Of a stretch of 64,000 nt of DNA, positions 24,317 to 38,300 are shown piece after piece (position 1 is the stretch's first letter; each line of letters opens with the position of its first letter). The notes under the pieces were generated by a model. It was not told the DNA's origin. It did no database searches and worked only from the letters and a program-made list of their open reading frames with translations. Where the stretch lies: assembly GCA_964276515.1 (NCBI GenBank), contig OZ193909.1, forward strand, positions 19,344,001 to 19,408,000, written 5' to 3'. The DNA is from Gordius albopunctatus. Its lineage: Eukaryota. Both the position numbers and the translations under genes were made by a program.

Positions 24317-25672
24317 TGAAACTTGAATTATGTAACATATATAAATCATGGAGAAACTTATGGATAAGTTGTAGTTAACATTTATCATAATTGATTACGC
24401 GTTTTCTAATTACAAAAATATATTAATAATGTCAATGTTTAGTGTATAAATATTAGATTAATTATGTAGATTTCTAGTTTTGTTATTAAATAGTCTCTAT
24501 GACATTAATTTTTTATAGGCAGAATATCAAAGGGATTAAGGTGGTTAAATGCAAAATGATATCTCCACTTTTATTTTTATTCTCTTTAAATAATTACAAC
24601 TTTTCGTCAAATTTTTCAAAGCTGTATATAAAAAATTGCATAGCAATTAAAAGGATTAGATTAAGATTCATCGATACTGCTAGCCAATTACTGACCTATA
24701 GTATCAGACAAAAAATTGAGCCAAGAATAGCCTTGACATTATTAAATATGAAACTGCAATGTCATTCACTCCTTCATAATAACAGAGAATATATCAGATA
24801 CAAACGAATCTTTATAGAGTAGTGAAAATTTTAAAACTAATTTCAAATACAGATCAATAGACATTAAATAAAATTCAATTTAAGTAGTTTTATTTTAAAA
24901 AGCATACATAATATGATTCTTTGTACAAAATCACCGGCGTTGGGTTGATAAAATTAGGTAGAGGGGAAAGGAACGCGATATTTCGGGCAATCATAGCACG
25001 TCATCAGGAACAAATAAAAAGGGGAAAGGTGGAATAAGCAAAAAATGAAGTAAATTGAGTTAATGTGGTTAAGATAAATAGGCTGATAGATAAAAAACTA
25101 TGAAAATTACAAAAATAAAAATTCGAGCCAATTTGGAAACTGCAAGCACGCACATCAAAACCTACCTATTGATTTATAATTTACTATGTCTGTTGTTAAA
25201 CACAGTTATCATATTAAAAAAAAACTTATTATCCCTTTTTTCTATTTTTTATTTTTAATTAAATTTCCTTTTACCACCTTATGTAAAGAATAATAAACGA
25301 TTCAAAATCGAATTAAAACATTTCAAAATTTATCATAATTTACAAAAATAAAACTTTAAGCAATTAGATGTTTTAATTTAACATTTGTAAATCTTGTCTC
25401 TTTTAAGGTTATTTATAATTTAGGTTTGAAAAATGCACACAAGCCTTTTTTATGACTTTTCAGTAACCTAAAAGACATCATGTAATTTTTACTTATGTAG
25501 AAGGCTAAACTTTTGTATGTTAAAACAATATTATTAATTTGTTAGAACTTAAAGAATAGCCAAACATAAAAATTAAAATTTTCCATGAATGTTTTTTTAT
25601 ATCATTAAACAACTAGGGGAACACCACAAATTATAACACCTTCAACCCCCTAAAAAATCGATACCTATAAAT

Positions 25673-27415
25673 AACTCGGGCCTTCGGCCCTCGTGGGAAT
25701 AGGGAGGGGAGAAGGGAAGGGGGAACGAAACTCATCTATACTCGTATAAACGTAGCATATTTGCTATGCAATTTATGGGCTTTATATGCAAAATGTTTAT
25801 AAAAATTTTCCATCTAATTAAAAAATATGGGCGAGAAAGGTGGGAAGGGGCGAAAATGCCTATAGAGGGGTATTAAATGCAAAATGATTAGTTAATTATT
25901 TATACAAATTTTCCATTTAATTTAAAAAAAAAATTGCCCTCGCCGGGATTCGAACCCACATTAAATAGAGGCATAAGCCTTTGTAGGGGCACAGGGACCT
26001 ATATCAGTAGAAGCATAGGCACTTGTAGGGGAGAGCATAGGGCAATTTATCAATGTTAACCTATTCAAAAACGAAAAATTTCGATTTATTTGGCCAATGA
26101 TCATTTTTTTAATTGATCAGTAGCCAGCGGAAGGTCAAAAAAGTCATATTATCCATGGTATTAACAAGAACATAATATTAATTTAATTTAAAAAAAAATA
26201 AAAATTTATGGCCTCTCCGGGTCTCGATCCAAAACCTCCAAGTCAGTAAGCCGTTGCTATAACCACTCTTTGCTGGAATTAAAATAAAAGAAGTTTTTAT
26301 GTTATTTATATAGATAATGAAATAATAAAGATGTGTTTTATAATAAAATTAAACAATAATAGAAAATCAATATATTATAGATAATTTAACAAATATCAAC
26401 AAGAACAAAATATTAATTTAATTTAAAAATAGGCACTTTTAGGGGAGGGCATAGGGTAATTATCAACGTTAACCTATTCAAAAACAAAAATAATGATTTT
26501 GGGAGGAGCATTTTGAAATTTTAGCCTTTACTTAAGCAATATGGCCAATGTTAATTTTTTTTATTGGTCAGTACCAAGAGACGGTCTATAAATACATGCG
26601 AGTCAAAAAAACGAAAAAAAAATTTCGAATCACAATTTGGCTAATGGTCATTTTTTTCCATTGATCAGTACCAAGAGACTATCTATAAATACATACGAGT
26701 CAAAAAAACGAAAAAAAAATTTTAAATCACAATTTGGCCAATGGTCATTTTTTCCATTGGTCAGTACCAAGAGACGGTCTATAAATACATGCGAGTCAAA
26801 AAAACGAAAAAAAAATTTCGAATCACAATTTGGCTAATGGTCATTTTTTTCCATTGATCAGTACCAAGAGACTATCTATAAATACATGCGAGTCAAAAAA
26901 ACGAAAAAAAAATTCGAATCACAATTTGGCTAATGGTCTTTTTTTTCCATTGATCAGTACCAAGAGACTATCTATAAATACATACGAGTCAAAAAAACGA
27001 AAAAAAAATTTTAAATCACAATTTGGCCAATGGTCATTTTTTCCATTGGTCAGTACCAAGAGACGGTCTATAAATACATACGAGTCAAAAAAAACGAAAA
27101 AAAAATTTCGATCCACACTTTGGCCAATGTTCATTTTTTTCCATTGGTCAGTACCAACAGATACTCTATAAGTCAATGTTAGCCAAAAAACGAAAAAAAA
27201 ATTTTTTATGCTCACTTTGGCCAATGGTCATTTTTTCCATCGGTCAGCAGCCAGCGGACGGCCAAAAAGTTATAATAGCATTGGTAGTAACAGGAACAAT
27301 CATAATAGTCAAAAAAATCCCCGGTTTCGAACCCAAAAACTAGTTAAACAAGACATTCGGTGCGTGACAAGACATTCGGAAAATGGAAAGCGAGCCCATA
27401 AATTGCATAGCAATT
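25673..27415 (-). mobile_element. DINE-1/Helentron-like non-autonomous element (HINE) with a central tandem array
   Basis: Inverted subTIRs atttgctatgcaatttatgggct (25759-25781) and agcccataaattgcatagcaatt (27393-27415); terminal hairpin gggccttcggccc (~25678-25690); AT-rich flanks with no TSD; homologous to 60381-63153. Confidence 0.8.
26542..27260. repeat. ~96-97-bp tandem repeat, about 7.5 units, inside the HINE
   Basis: Units begin tggc(c/t)aatg at 26542, 26638, 26735, 26831, 26927, 27024, 27121 and 27218. Confidence 0.95.
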
Positions 27416-29308
27416 AATAAATAAAAACCAGCATATAACAAAATGATACCTGTTGTAATTGCGTTTTTTTCACTATTTCATCATATATAACAATAATAAT
27501 TTGTTCCAATACAAACATACACTCGTAAGTATATATATTAACATTTAAATCTAATTTTCCAAACATAAATCTAAAGTCTCGAGTGTGTGGGGGTCGGAAT
27601 GACGGCAAAACAAATAAAATCATTCGCTCGATGATATAATGCTATTATTACAGGGTTTATAAAGGAGTTTTAATTGATTTTTACAAACCCAACGCATAAA
27701 TTATGACCATATATTAATAATTTTAAAAATCATTTTACAAATTAAATCTAATAACGGGGGTATGTACAATGATATTTTAATGTGGGTTTTTAAGAGGAAT
27801 TAGGCAGGGCATCCATCCTGCCTTCTTTAGCTCTCATATTGTAGCGGCAAGGGTAGGTATCGTGTCCAAAAGCTACCAAATATTAATCAAAAAATGCCTT
27901 AAAAATTGTTTTTTAGAGAAAATCAAAATTATACAATTTAACTTAGTTTTTTTTATTAAAAAAAAACTCGGGTCCAAAAGTTACCAATTATTAAACAAAA
28001 AATACAGTAAACATAATTTTTTTATAGAAAAAAATCAAAGTTTTACAACTTTTCAAATTTTTTTAGCTAAGATGTCTATAATTAAATATTTTATAGAACT
28101 GATAATGACAGCAATAAAGAAACTTGGGAGTTGGGACCCCTTAATCGTTCGTTATAATAATATTAGTTTTATAAAACATTATAACCACAAAATCGCCATT
28201 TAAAACGGCGACATTAAACGAAATTGCCTTAAATTTAACATTACCAGGAGGTCAAAGGGCCCCGTCCTTACCCAAACAATTTTCGCAATATGAATCCCCT
28301 TGGAAGGGTAATGTAAGACGAAATTCCTTTTTGCTATAGGGGACAGAAATTTCTTCGCTATCGGTACGTGGACAATTAGCTGTATCGTGAAGGTCAAATT
28401 CCTGACAATTATCGCAATATTCGCGCTTCCTAGCATAAGATTTCGCCTTACTCCTACGACGAAATCATAGAAATCGAGGCAAAAAAATTTAGAAAAGGTT
28501 TTTTTCCCTAAACAAAATTGTGTAAGATCACATTATAAATCCATAAATTATAAACCTTGTTGGACTTATTGCCGACAAAGATTAAAGTTTAAGATGAAAC
28601 GTTATGAATAATAGAATAAATCCCACTCTTGCACCCAATAGATTCAAAAAAAGCTTTAATCCTAACATTTTTTCCAATGTAAAATCTATGTAACCCAAAA
28701 CACAAAATTTGATCAAATTGTTATATTCCATCCATACCAGCGTCGTTGTGAATAAGACTGGGTTTTGTTTGGTAGACCTTGGTTTCGGTCAACTAAACAT
28801 AGAAGGACCAAAGGTTTTTTAGCCTCTTTTTCTTAGGCTACCTCTGGGTTTTGTCGAAATTTGTAAAACAGATCAGAGTCGATTGTTAGTCTCCTAGGGC
28901 TTGTCTTAATATCGGATTCAGATTCAAATGGCGCGAATTTATCTTCATCAAATATCCGATGATTCAATTTCATGTGTCAAACTCGGTTGTAACTATTAAT
29001 ATTTAGTTTTTTGATAGTTAAAAACGTTTTTCTGTTTATTTCAACTCTTGAGATTAATCGCCGTTATGTTATGCGTCTGAAATGTAAATCTGCTGTTGTG
29101 AATTCGAAGTTAAGACACGGGGCTAGGTTATAACGCGTACAACGATTTTTGCTGCGCAGCAAAATCCGATATTAAGAAAAGCCCTTGGTTAAACCAAAGT
29201 TCGACTAAACAAAATGGAGCCGTTTTAACGACACTATTTCAGACATTGAAAAGTAATCTTCTAGCTCTATTGAACGATGCTCAATGTTTATAACTTTGTT
29301 GGCATTTC

Positions 29309-32300
29309 TTATAAATTTATCATTCCCCATCCAAAATCTTTGAAAAAAACTAAAGTGTCAAGCAACCAAGCATCACATAATTTAATGTTTCGACATGAAT
29401 TTCTATCCTCGTACCATGGCGCTGCGGGTGTTGGCCTATGGTTTTTATCCGAATCAGCTGTTTGGGTCCAAGCCAAATATTGGGCCGGAGTTTGTATAAT
29501 ACCGCCGTCCTCATCGCTGGGCGTGAAGCACGTTGAATCGGGCGGACTTAATTCTGGAGCATCTTGTAATTCGGAGACGCGTTTGTGCAACACTTCCAAT
29601 TGCTTGTTCATGTCCACAATTACGGAATTCAGAAATTGTTGCTTAACAAAAATATCGATAAAAGGAAGTTAGAAGTTATGAAATTTTGGCGTTAACAATA
29701 CCTCAAATTTCTTTACATGAAATGTAGTTTAAAAATCATTAAATACATATTTGTGGCAGGCAGATACATACTATATACATATTTATATCGAACTTTACTT
29801 TCAGTTATATTATATTTAGACCTATAGTAGCTTCACTTCCCTCTAAATATTCTCCAGCATCTTTACAGAGACATATGACTCATACAACGTTATTTTATAT
29901 TATCCTATTAGAATGGTTATGGCATATTATGATTAGATATATATCGATAAACTAGCTTTCGATTAAAAAAATGTATAAGATTTCTTTATATATAGAGCTA
30001 GTTCAAAATTTAGAATTAATTTTCGCGTAAATTTGATATAACCATCGACTACTATAGACTGACGAAAAGCTGATTTTTACATTAAAATTTATCATGTAGC
30101 TCAAGGTCCCATTCTAGGTGAGTTTTTCAATATGCGTATATGCGTTATAAATTGCTAAAGTTACGGAGGGAAAAAATAATAAGAAATTTGAGGAATTATC
30201 TAATAATTCAACAAAATGGCGCCGTACACACCTCATCTGCTGGCCAATCTATCATATTTAGTTGTGATTATTTCAAATCTACGCGCAACTAACTTCACTT
30301 ACAAATGCTAAAGACACTGTGTTGTATAGAGCCCGATGAAAAATGATAATTTCTCAAAAAATCAATTTGATGTTTTTTCGATAAAACTTTTAAACGCAGG
30401 GCCCCATCTATCACATTCGATGCTTAAATATAGGGGCAAACATTTAAAAATACGAAAATAACAAAAAATAATATGAAGAGCAAATTTAATTTGATGCAGA
30501 GAATGAGAGGATATGTATACCGTTTGAAGGCAATCTCGATGCATATCACGCACCATGGTCCCACTATTGTCATCTAGTTCCAAATTAAACGAAAAAATAT
30601 ACATATATTTAAATTGAATACGCAAAAACCTTCAAAACATCTTTAAATTTAAACATTTAATTAATTTTTAAAATATCACTCTAGTAAGAGAAAGCAATTA
30701 AATAATTTCATGGCCTAGAACACAAAAAGGGTTAAGCTCATTATATAAAATTACTTATAAAGTAATTAAAAGTTTAGAGATCTTATATCCTGTGGATTGT
30801 CAGCGAGTTCGTAATTCAATTTCGTGAATGTTCACTATTTACACGCTGCCCCTCGCTATAAAAAATGTCACGTCTGTCTGTCTATCCAACCTTTGTCCTC
30901 TGCGATTTTTATCTTTGTAATTGTTTAAATATTAGATTATAGATTGTTTGGGGTCACAGGAGACCCCACCAGACCATTGTAATGGTAAAAGGGCTTCAAA
31001 AATTAAAAAAATATATTGAGCAGAGCTGGTAAAAGTATGTGATGAAAGCATAATACATTGCTCAAGTTTATCCATATAAGGGAGTGACTCGGGGGCAGTC
31101 TGCTCCTGTAATAATGGGCTAGTTTGGGCACCATTTTGAAGATTGCACTCCACACGGATTGCCAATTTGTCCAAGGCCGATTCGAAATTTAGCTTGAGAG
31201 CTTCGTTGGCCTCTCGCGCTTTTCGCAATTCTTTGGCCTGTTCATTCTGAAAATCAATGGGCACACATTGGAAAAATTTAATTAAACTTAATCATAAATA
31301 TGTTAATACTTAAACGCTTAATTTATAATCACGGCAATATTTATCTAAAAAAATTCAAATTATTAAAACGATATAAAAAAATGTTACATTCACGCTTAAA
31401 AAACTATGAAAGTGCTCTTAAACTAAACGGATGGCATTAATCCGTGTATAAAGATCGTTGTGATCTTTTGCCTGATAAAAAGGTACTCTTTAAAATCTAA
31501 TGAGACGTTAGAGATCACTTTAAATCTTTTATATATAAAAAAACGATTAATTTTATCTAGTTTTTGATAAATTCAAGTCAAACTTATATTAAATTTACGG
31601 TATTTAGCGAAATGAAGAGCATTTTATTTAAAAAAATTATTAATTTTTATGCAAAATCTCTTTAAAATTTCCTAGTTATTTTGAATCGGGCTCGTGATTC
31701 ATAAAATATTTTTAAAAAAATAATATGAAAACTAGATATTTATTAACAAAAATGTATCTAAAACAATATTTTTGTACCTTATATACTAAAACTGCTTCTA
31801 ACTCGGCTTCAACTTGAATTAGTTTGCCTTTAATTCTATCCATATCGCCACCAGCTTTGTTACTATTACCCAAAAATAATTTTAATATTCGAATTTTCAT
31901 TCAGTTTACAAATTTTTTTATTAGTATACTTTTTTAAAATGTATAAAAAAATTAAAATTTTTAAGCTTGAAAATTACTGAATATGTTATTATAAGATAAA
32001 ATCTACTTCAAACAATCAAATTTTACAATTGAAAATAGATGACCACTATTAAAAATACCAAATTTCAAAGAAAAAATGCATCAGAAATCAAAATTATTGC
32101 ATTTTAGACATTTTATATATTTTCTTTCGAATCTAGTTAATTAAAATGATTGTAAAAATTATTTTAAAAACTTTAAAAAAAATAAAATTTTGCATTAATT
32201 ATAAGTTTGTAAAAACCATCTATCTTCACTAGCCGCAAACGCTTGCTGCAAATTTGCGTTATCGGCCTTTATAGCTTCAACCAATTTGCTTCTATCCTCC

Positions 32301-35300
32301 AATTTTTGCGACAACTCTTGCATCTAGATACAATTTGCGGGAATAAAACATAAAATGCAAAAAATACATTATTTTAAAGAATGTAATCCGATTATTATTA
32401 AAATCGACAAAATAGGTATATTTTTCCAAAAATATATTTTGACAAATATATCAATGTTATAAATAACTTCCCTAAAAGTTAATTAAAAAAATTACTTAAT
32501 TTACATAAAAAAAGTTATAATTTTTCCTAAATAACTTGTATATAGTCTTTTAAATAAATTTATTTTTCAACTGATTACACTAAAGTAGTTTTTAAAAATT
32601 ACTTTAGTTTGAGCCGAGTTATACTGATTAGTCATGGCTTTGAGGGCTAGTTGAGCTTCTAAAGCACTGTTTTCTTTAGCTTCAAGACGATTCAAGACTT
32701 CTTCAAGCCTGGTCTCCAGCTAACATTTATAAATTCAAAATTATATAAAAATCTCTAAACAAAAATTTTAAAAAAAAACTAAAAAATAATAAAAAATTTT
32801 AAAAACTTATCGGATTAACATATTTAAATTCCAAAATACTTCTCCGATTTGTCGTTGATAAAACTGCGATTCGACAGCGCGCGATTCAGAAATTTTAGCC
32901 GATTCTTCACCCAATTTCTTTTCCAGTTCGCGCATAAAGTTTTTCTTGAGGCCCTCGACCTTCTCTTGATGGTCTCCCTGTAGCGTCTGCGAGGAATAAA
33001 AAGGACAATAGACTGCTCATCAACTTTAAATAAGTGTCCCACTTTTCCGCCATTTTGAAATGTATGGTTTGTAGTAATTTTGGTTAATTAGAGTCTTTTT
33101 AAAACGTAACGGGAAAATGCTCATCAACTTTAAATAAGTGTCCCATTTTTCCGCCATTTTGAAATGTATGGTTTGTAGTAATTTTGGTTAATTAGAGTCT
33201 TTTTAAAACGTAACGGGAAAATGCTCATCAACTTTAAATAAGTGTCCCACTTTTCCGCCATTTTAAATGTATGGTTTGTAGTAATTTTGGTTAATTAGAG
33301 TCTTTTTAAAACGTAACGGGAAAAAATATTGAGCTAACTAAACATTAAAAACAGCATAAAATATATATCATTACCAAAATTAAAACAAATAAATGTCAAA
33401 GCAATTTAGTACCATGCGTTATTTTATTAAATAATCACATGTTTATAACCATTCTTTTTCATTCATTCATTAACTAATGACGAAGGTAAATTCCCTTTTT
33501 GTGATTTAACAATTATGGGGGGAGAGATAGTTAAATTCAAAATGGCGGATTTAAAGGTACACATTTTACTAGAGTTGTTACACAATATGTGCTCGCTTTT
33601 GGTACACTAGGCAGAGCAGTAGCATATAAAAATGCTCGAGGGCCGAGCAGAAACTCGAGCAGGTGGTAGCTGGAGTTGAAGAAAGTTAGCAATATAACAA
33701 CTCTACATTTTACCATATGAAACATATGACGTGAGCAGTCTCAAGGTCGGGGTACAAATTTCCTGGCAACACATTTGAAAAAAATCAACGACGATTTAAG
33801 CATAATTTTTTCCACATTTCGTTAAAATTTGTATGTAAATTTTAAATTTTTTCTTAAAAATTAAGCTATTAAAACGTGAAAACTCACCTTCTTTTCTAAT
33901 TCCAACTCTTGAATCCGATGTTTAAGTTCAAAACTTTCCCTAACGTGTGCGCTAGTTAATTTCTCCATTCTCGCATGTAATTCAACAATTTCCTCCGCTT
34001 TTCCCATGATTTGCGCCTCCTAAAAACGCACAAAACAAAATAAAAAGTATCAATTATTTCACTATTTTTTTTTATATTTTTGGCTTTAAATTTTCAAAAT
34101 GGCTCACAAAAGTTGTAAAAATTTTGGATTTTTCAATGTGATATAATTAAGTTTGAGAAAATTATGTCCTAAAAACACAAAGAAAAGAAAGAAAAAAATA
34201 GCATACCATTTTCTACTATAAAAATTTTAAATTTATTATATTTTTGGCTTTAAATTTTCAAAATGCCTCACAAAAGTTGTAAAAATTTTGGATTTTTCAA
34301 TGTGATATAATTAAGTTTGAGAAAATTATGTCCTAAAAACACAAAGAAAAGAAAGAAAAAAATAGCATACCATTTTCTACTATAAAAAATTTAAATTTAT
34401 TATATTTTTGGCTCTATGCCTCCCAAAAGTTGTAAAAATTTTGGATTTTTCAATGTGATATAATTAAGTTTGAGAAAATTTTGTCCTAAAAACACAAAGA
34501 AAAAAATAGCATACTATTTTCTACTATAAAAATTTTAAATTTATTATATTTTTGGCTTTAAATTTCGAAATTCCCACCAAAAGTTGTAAAAATTTTGGAT
34601 TTTTCAATAAGATTTAGTTAAGTTTGACAAAATTTTGTCCTAAAAATACAAAAAAATAAAGAACATAAAAATATCTACTATTTTACTAATTTATTATATT
34701 AAGGGCTTAAAATTTTGATCAGCTAAAATTTTTGGGATTTTTCAATGCAATTTCGTTAATTTTACAAAAGTTTGTCCTAAAAACGCACAAAAGAAAAAAA
34801 AATATCAATTATTTAACTAATTTTTTTTATATTTTGGCTCTAAATTTCAAAATGTCTCCCAAAGGTTATAAAAATTTTGGATTTTTCAATGTGATTAAGC
34901 TAATTTTGACAAAATTTGTGTCTCCACGTACTAAACTTTCCAAGGCTCTAGATTTGGACGAGGCTATACTTTCCAATTCTATGCCTCTTTTACTGATCGC
35001 CGACAATTTTTCCACGTTTTCATCGTGCGTTTTCTGCAATTGCTCAGTAAATTCGTCTTTAATCCTACCCGTTTCCTCGTGCATTTTCACTGACTCTTCC
35101 TAAATTTGAAATAAATAAATAAAAATGTATTTATCACCTTTAATTTTACATTCCTGATTAGATAATTTAATTTATTTTTGGTCCTACTCCCTGTCACTTA
35201 CTTTTTAATTATCTCGAAGATCATAGGAAAATTCAAAAAATTTCTAATTTTAAATCATGATAATTTTTGCAAATCCCACGCTTTTCAAAGCAACTAATCG

Positions 35301-38300
35301 ATATTTTAAATACCTAAATTAATATTTTAGATAATTTAATATATATATGTAATCGCCAAATTCGTCAATTTATAAATTTTTTAAGGTTTTATATATAAGT
35401 TAACCATTAAAACATGCAATTTTATAAAAAATCACATTTTTCAATTAAAAAACAAAAAAAAAATTATAATCATATTGTAAAAATACCAAAAAATTTAGAC
35501 GATCCAGCTTTTGCACTACCAAATCTTGACTCATTTCCAATTGCTTTTTCAGTTCACATATTTCTCCCGCATATTTTGCTTCCAAATCTTCAACACTTTT
35601 TGATTGAGCGTTTTCCCCCACCTAATAAAAAATAAAATTTTCAGAAATAAAAACACAAATTTTTGATTTATTAATTTTAATTAAAAAAAAATATTTGAAA
35701 ATTAATTATACAGATTGGGGAATAGTTTGTTCGAGTTCCTGGATTTTATTTTCGGTCAAAGATAATTTTTCCGTCAGTTGTCGTTTTTCTAGGTTGAATT
35801 GCTCCCTTTCATCTTGAACAAGTAACAATTTCCCTTTGATATCTTCTAATTCATCAGTAAAACCTTTCATTTTTTCTTGCTAACAAAAAATATCGTAAAA
35901 AATACGAAATTTAAACAGTAAAAAATAAAATAAAATTACAAAAATCATATATTTTATATTAAATCTAACAAAAAAATCAATTTTAATTAATTTTTACTCG
36001 ATAAATTTAAAAAATATTCGCTTCAAAGTGATAAAGATATCGTTAAATAAATTAAAATTACCAATTTTTCATTGATACCCGCAAGCACTTCTTTATCCTT
36101 ATTCAAGGTGATCCACTCCATTTCGAGAACTTGGCAAAAACATAATAAAAATCAGGCATAAAAATATTTTTTTCCCAAAACAAAGTTTTAAAATAACGTA
36201 ATTTCCACGCGTTTAACAACAACTCAACTTAAGATTTACCTTCTAATCTAGTTTGTAGTTTTTCCTTTTCATTTCGCAATTCCAAAATTTGTGCATCTAA
36301 AAACGAGTTTAAGATATATGTCTAATTTTTTAATAAATGCTTTAAAAAAAACAAAAAAGGAATTCGGGCCGAGCTGGGTTAAAAAGATATTAAAATTGTA
36401 GATTTTTATAAAAAAAAAAAAAAGAGAATTTAAATAGGAAAAGGATACGGCAGGACATTTTTAAATTCAAGGGTCGGCTTGAGAAATGTAAATAAAATAA
36501 AATATACTTTTTCCTGCTAGTTCTATCTTAGTATCACCTTCCATTGCTAAATTCTCCAAATCGCCCTAATAATCCAATTATGCGCTTTATACATTTAATT
36601 TCGTAAAATATTTCTCACAATTATTAGGTATTAATGGATACGAAATGAAACCTCTACGATCAAGTCTTTATTTATCGCCACTTCTTCCAATTGAAACTGC
36701 AATTCTTCCGTTTTCCTAAAATTAAAAACAAACAAACAAATGACAAAATTGCAAAAAATACATTTTTTAGTTTCCGCGAATAAATTATGCGATAGATTGG
36801 AGAACAGCTAGTTTTTGCATCAACATTTATCAAGTAACTTAGGAGGGATTTTACACCATTTTCGTAGCTTAAATAAATTATGTTATAGATGGCGATAATG
36901 TAACTTTTAGCCATTCACCTAGCAAATTAACAAAAGTTTACATCCCTTTAATCCATTAAAATATTTAAAGGCCATTATTTTAATTGTTATGCAATTTGTG
37001 GGCTCTCTTTTGGTTATTCCTCCCGTCACGTCCAACTTGTAATTTTTCAATAAAACTGCCATGGAAACTTAATTACGGGTTTTGGCTGGCTGTGGACTCT
37101 TATGCTTCTGTAAAAGACTTTTATTTTCCTTTCGCAAATAGAGTAGCCCTAATGACCGCTGGTTTGTTTTAATTTTCTCGACCTCGATATTAGTTTTTGG
37201 GCGTGGCGGATTGCCTTTATTAATGAATTTCTTTGGGCAACTTGTCTACGTTGTTGCTTTATAACGGATAATCGCAAAAATGGCTGCTAAATAATTCCCT
37301 GCAAATTTCTTTTATTTACTACACCTTTATTGCCCAGGCGTATAATAAAATTAGGTTAATATAAATTTTTGAAAATAAATATAAATTAAACTAAAATTAA
37401 TATAGCGTTCAATTTGCTCATGTCACACACCTACTTAATATTTATCAGCTGTTCGCCAATCCATCGCATTTTAATAAATAATATTCACAAAAAAGACAAC
37501 AAAACAAAAGTAATCAAAATTTATAAAAATTACAATTTTTCTTCATTCAACCGAGCTTCCAACTCTTCATTTTGTTTTTCAAATTCCTCGACTTGCGTTC
37601 TGAGATCGGAAATATCCGACTCCATTTTCCGCTTGAATGTTTCTTGTTCGTTCGTCATAAAACTAATTTCATCACATTTCTATACAATTCCACAAACAAA
37701 CAAAAAAACTCAAAAATATGTATATGTAAATCAAAATCTCATCATTTTTTACATTTATAATAAAAGATTCAATATATAATAAAAAAAATTTGAGAAATAA
37801 ATTTGGAAATTTTGTCTATATAAATAAAATTAATGTAGGGGGGGGGAAATACCTCTTGAAGCATCTTGGAAACTTTTTCAATTTCATCCTTTTGATCTCT
37901 ATTTTCTTGGAGCCAACGCTGGATTTCTTGATTTTTTGCTGCTTTGACCTGCGGGCAAAATTAAAAATAAATACAATCCTAAAATAAAATCACAAAAAGG
38001 TAAAAAAAACAAAATATTTACAAGTCTTAACAAAAATATATATAAAAAAAAATAAACTTCAAGAGCTTGATATTTTTTGTTTTAAAATCAGCTTTTCTAT
38101 GAGAAAATATATAATTTGTTTTATTAATTTTGACAGATATAATTCCTAAAGCATAAGAGCAAATCATCGAGTCTGCTTTTCAAATTTGGACTAAGAGTAG
38201 AGGTCGTCTAAGATTAACAGACCAAAGGCAATCAAGTTTTATTTTCGAGAAAACTTAAATATTATTATATAAAATCGAAAATTAAAATTGGAATTTTTTA

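Larger units (their letters stand above)
33006..33745. mobile_element. Non-autonomous DNA transposon with ATAGACTGCTCA termini; left arm triplicated
   Basis: agactgctca / tgagcagtct inverted ends. A long-TIR relative lies at ~46213-46858, and related starts occur at 42362, 43499 and 50651. Confidence 0.55.

Noticed and set aside
26542..27260. CRISPR-like regular array
   Set aside because: Units are contiguous ~97-bp repeats with no unique spacers, there are no cas genes, and the context is eukaryotic.
26637..27417. MANGHFF... ORFs
   Set aside because: Translations of the tandem repeat, not genes.
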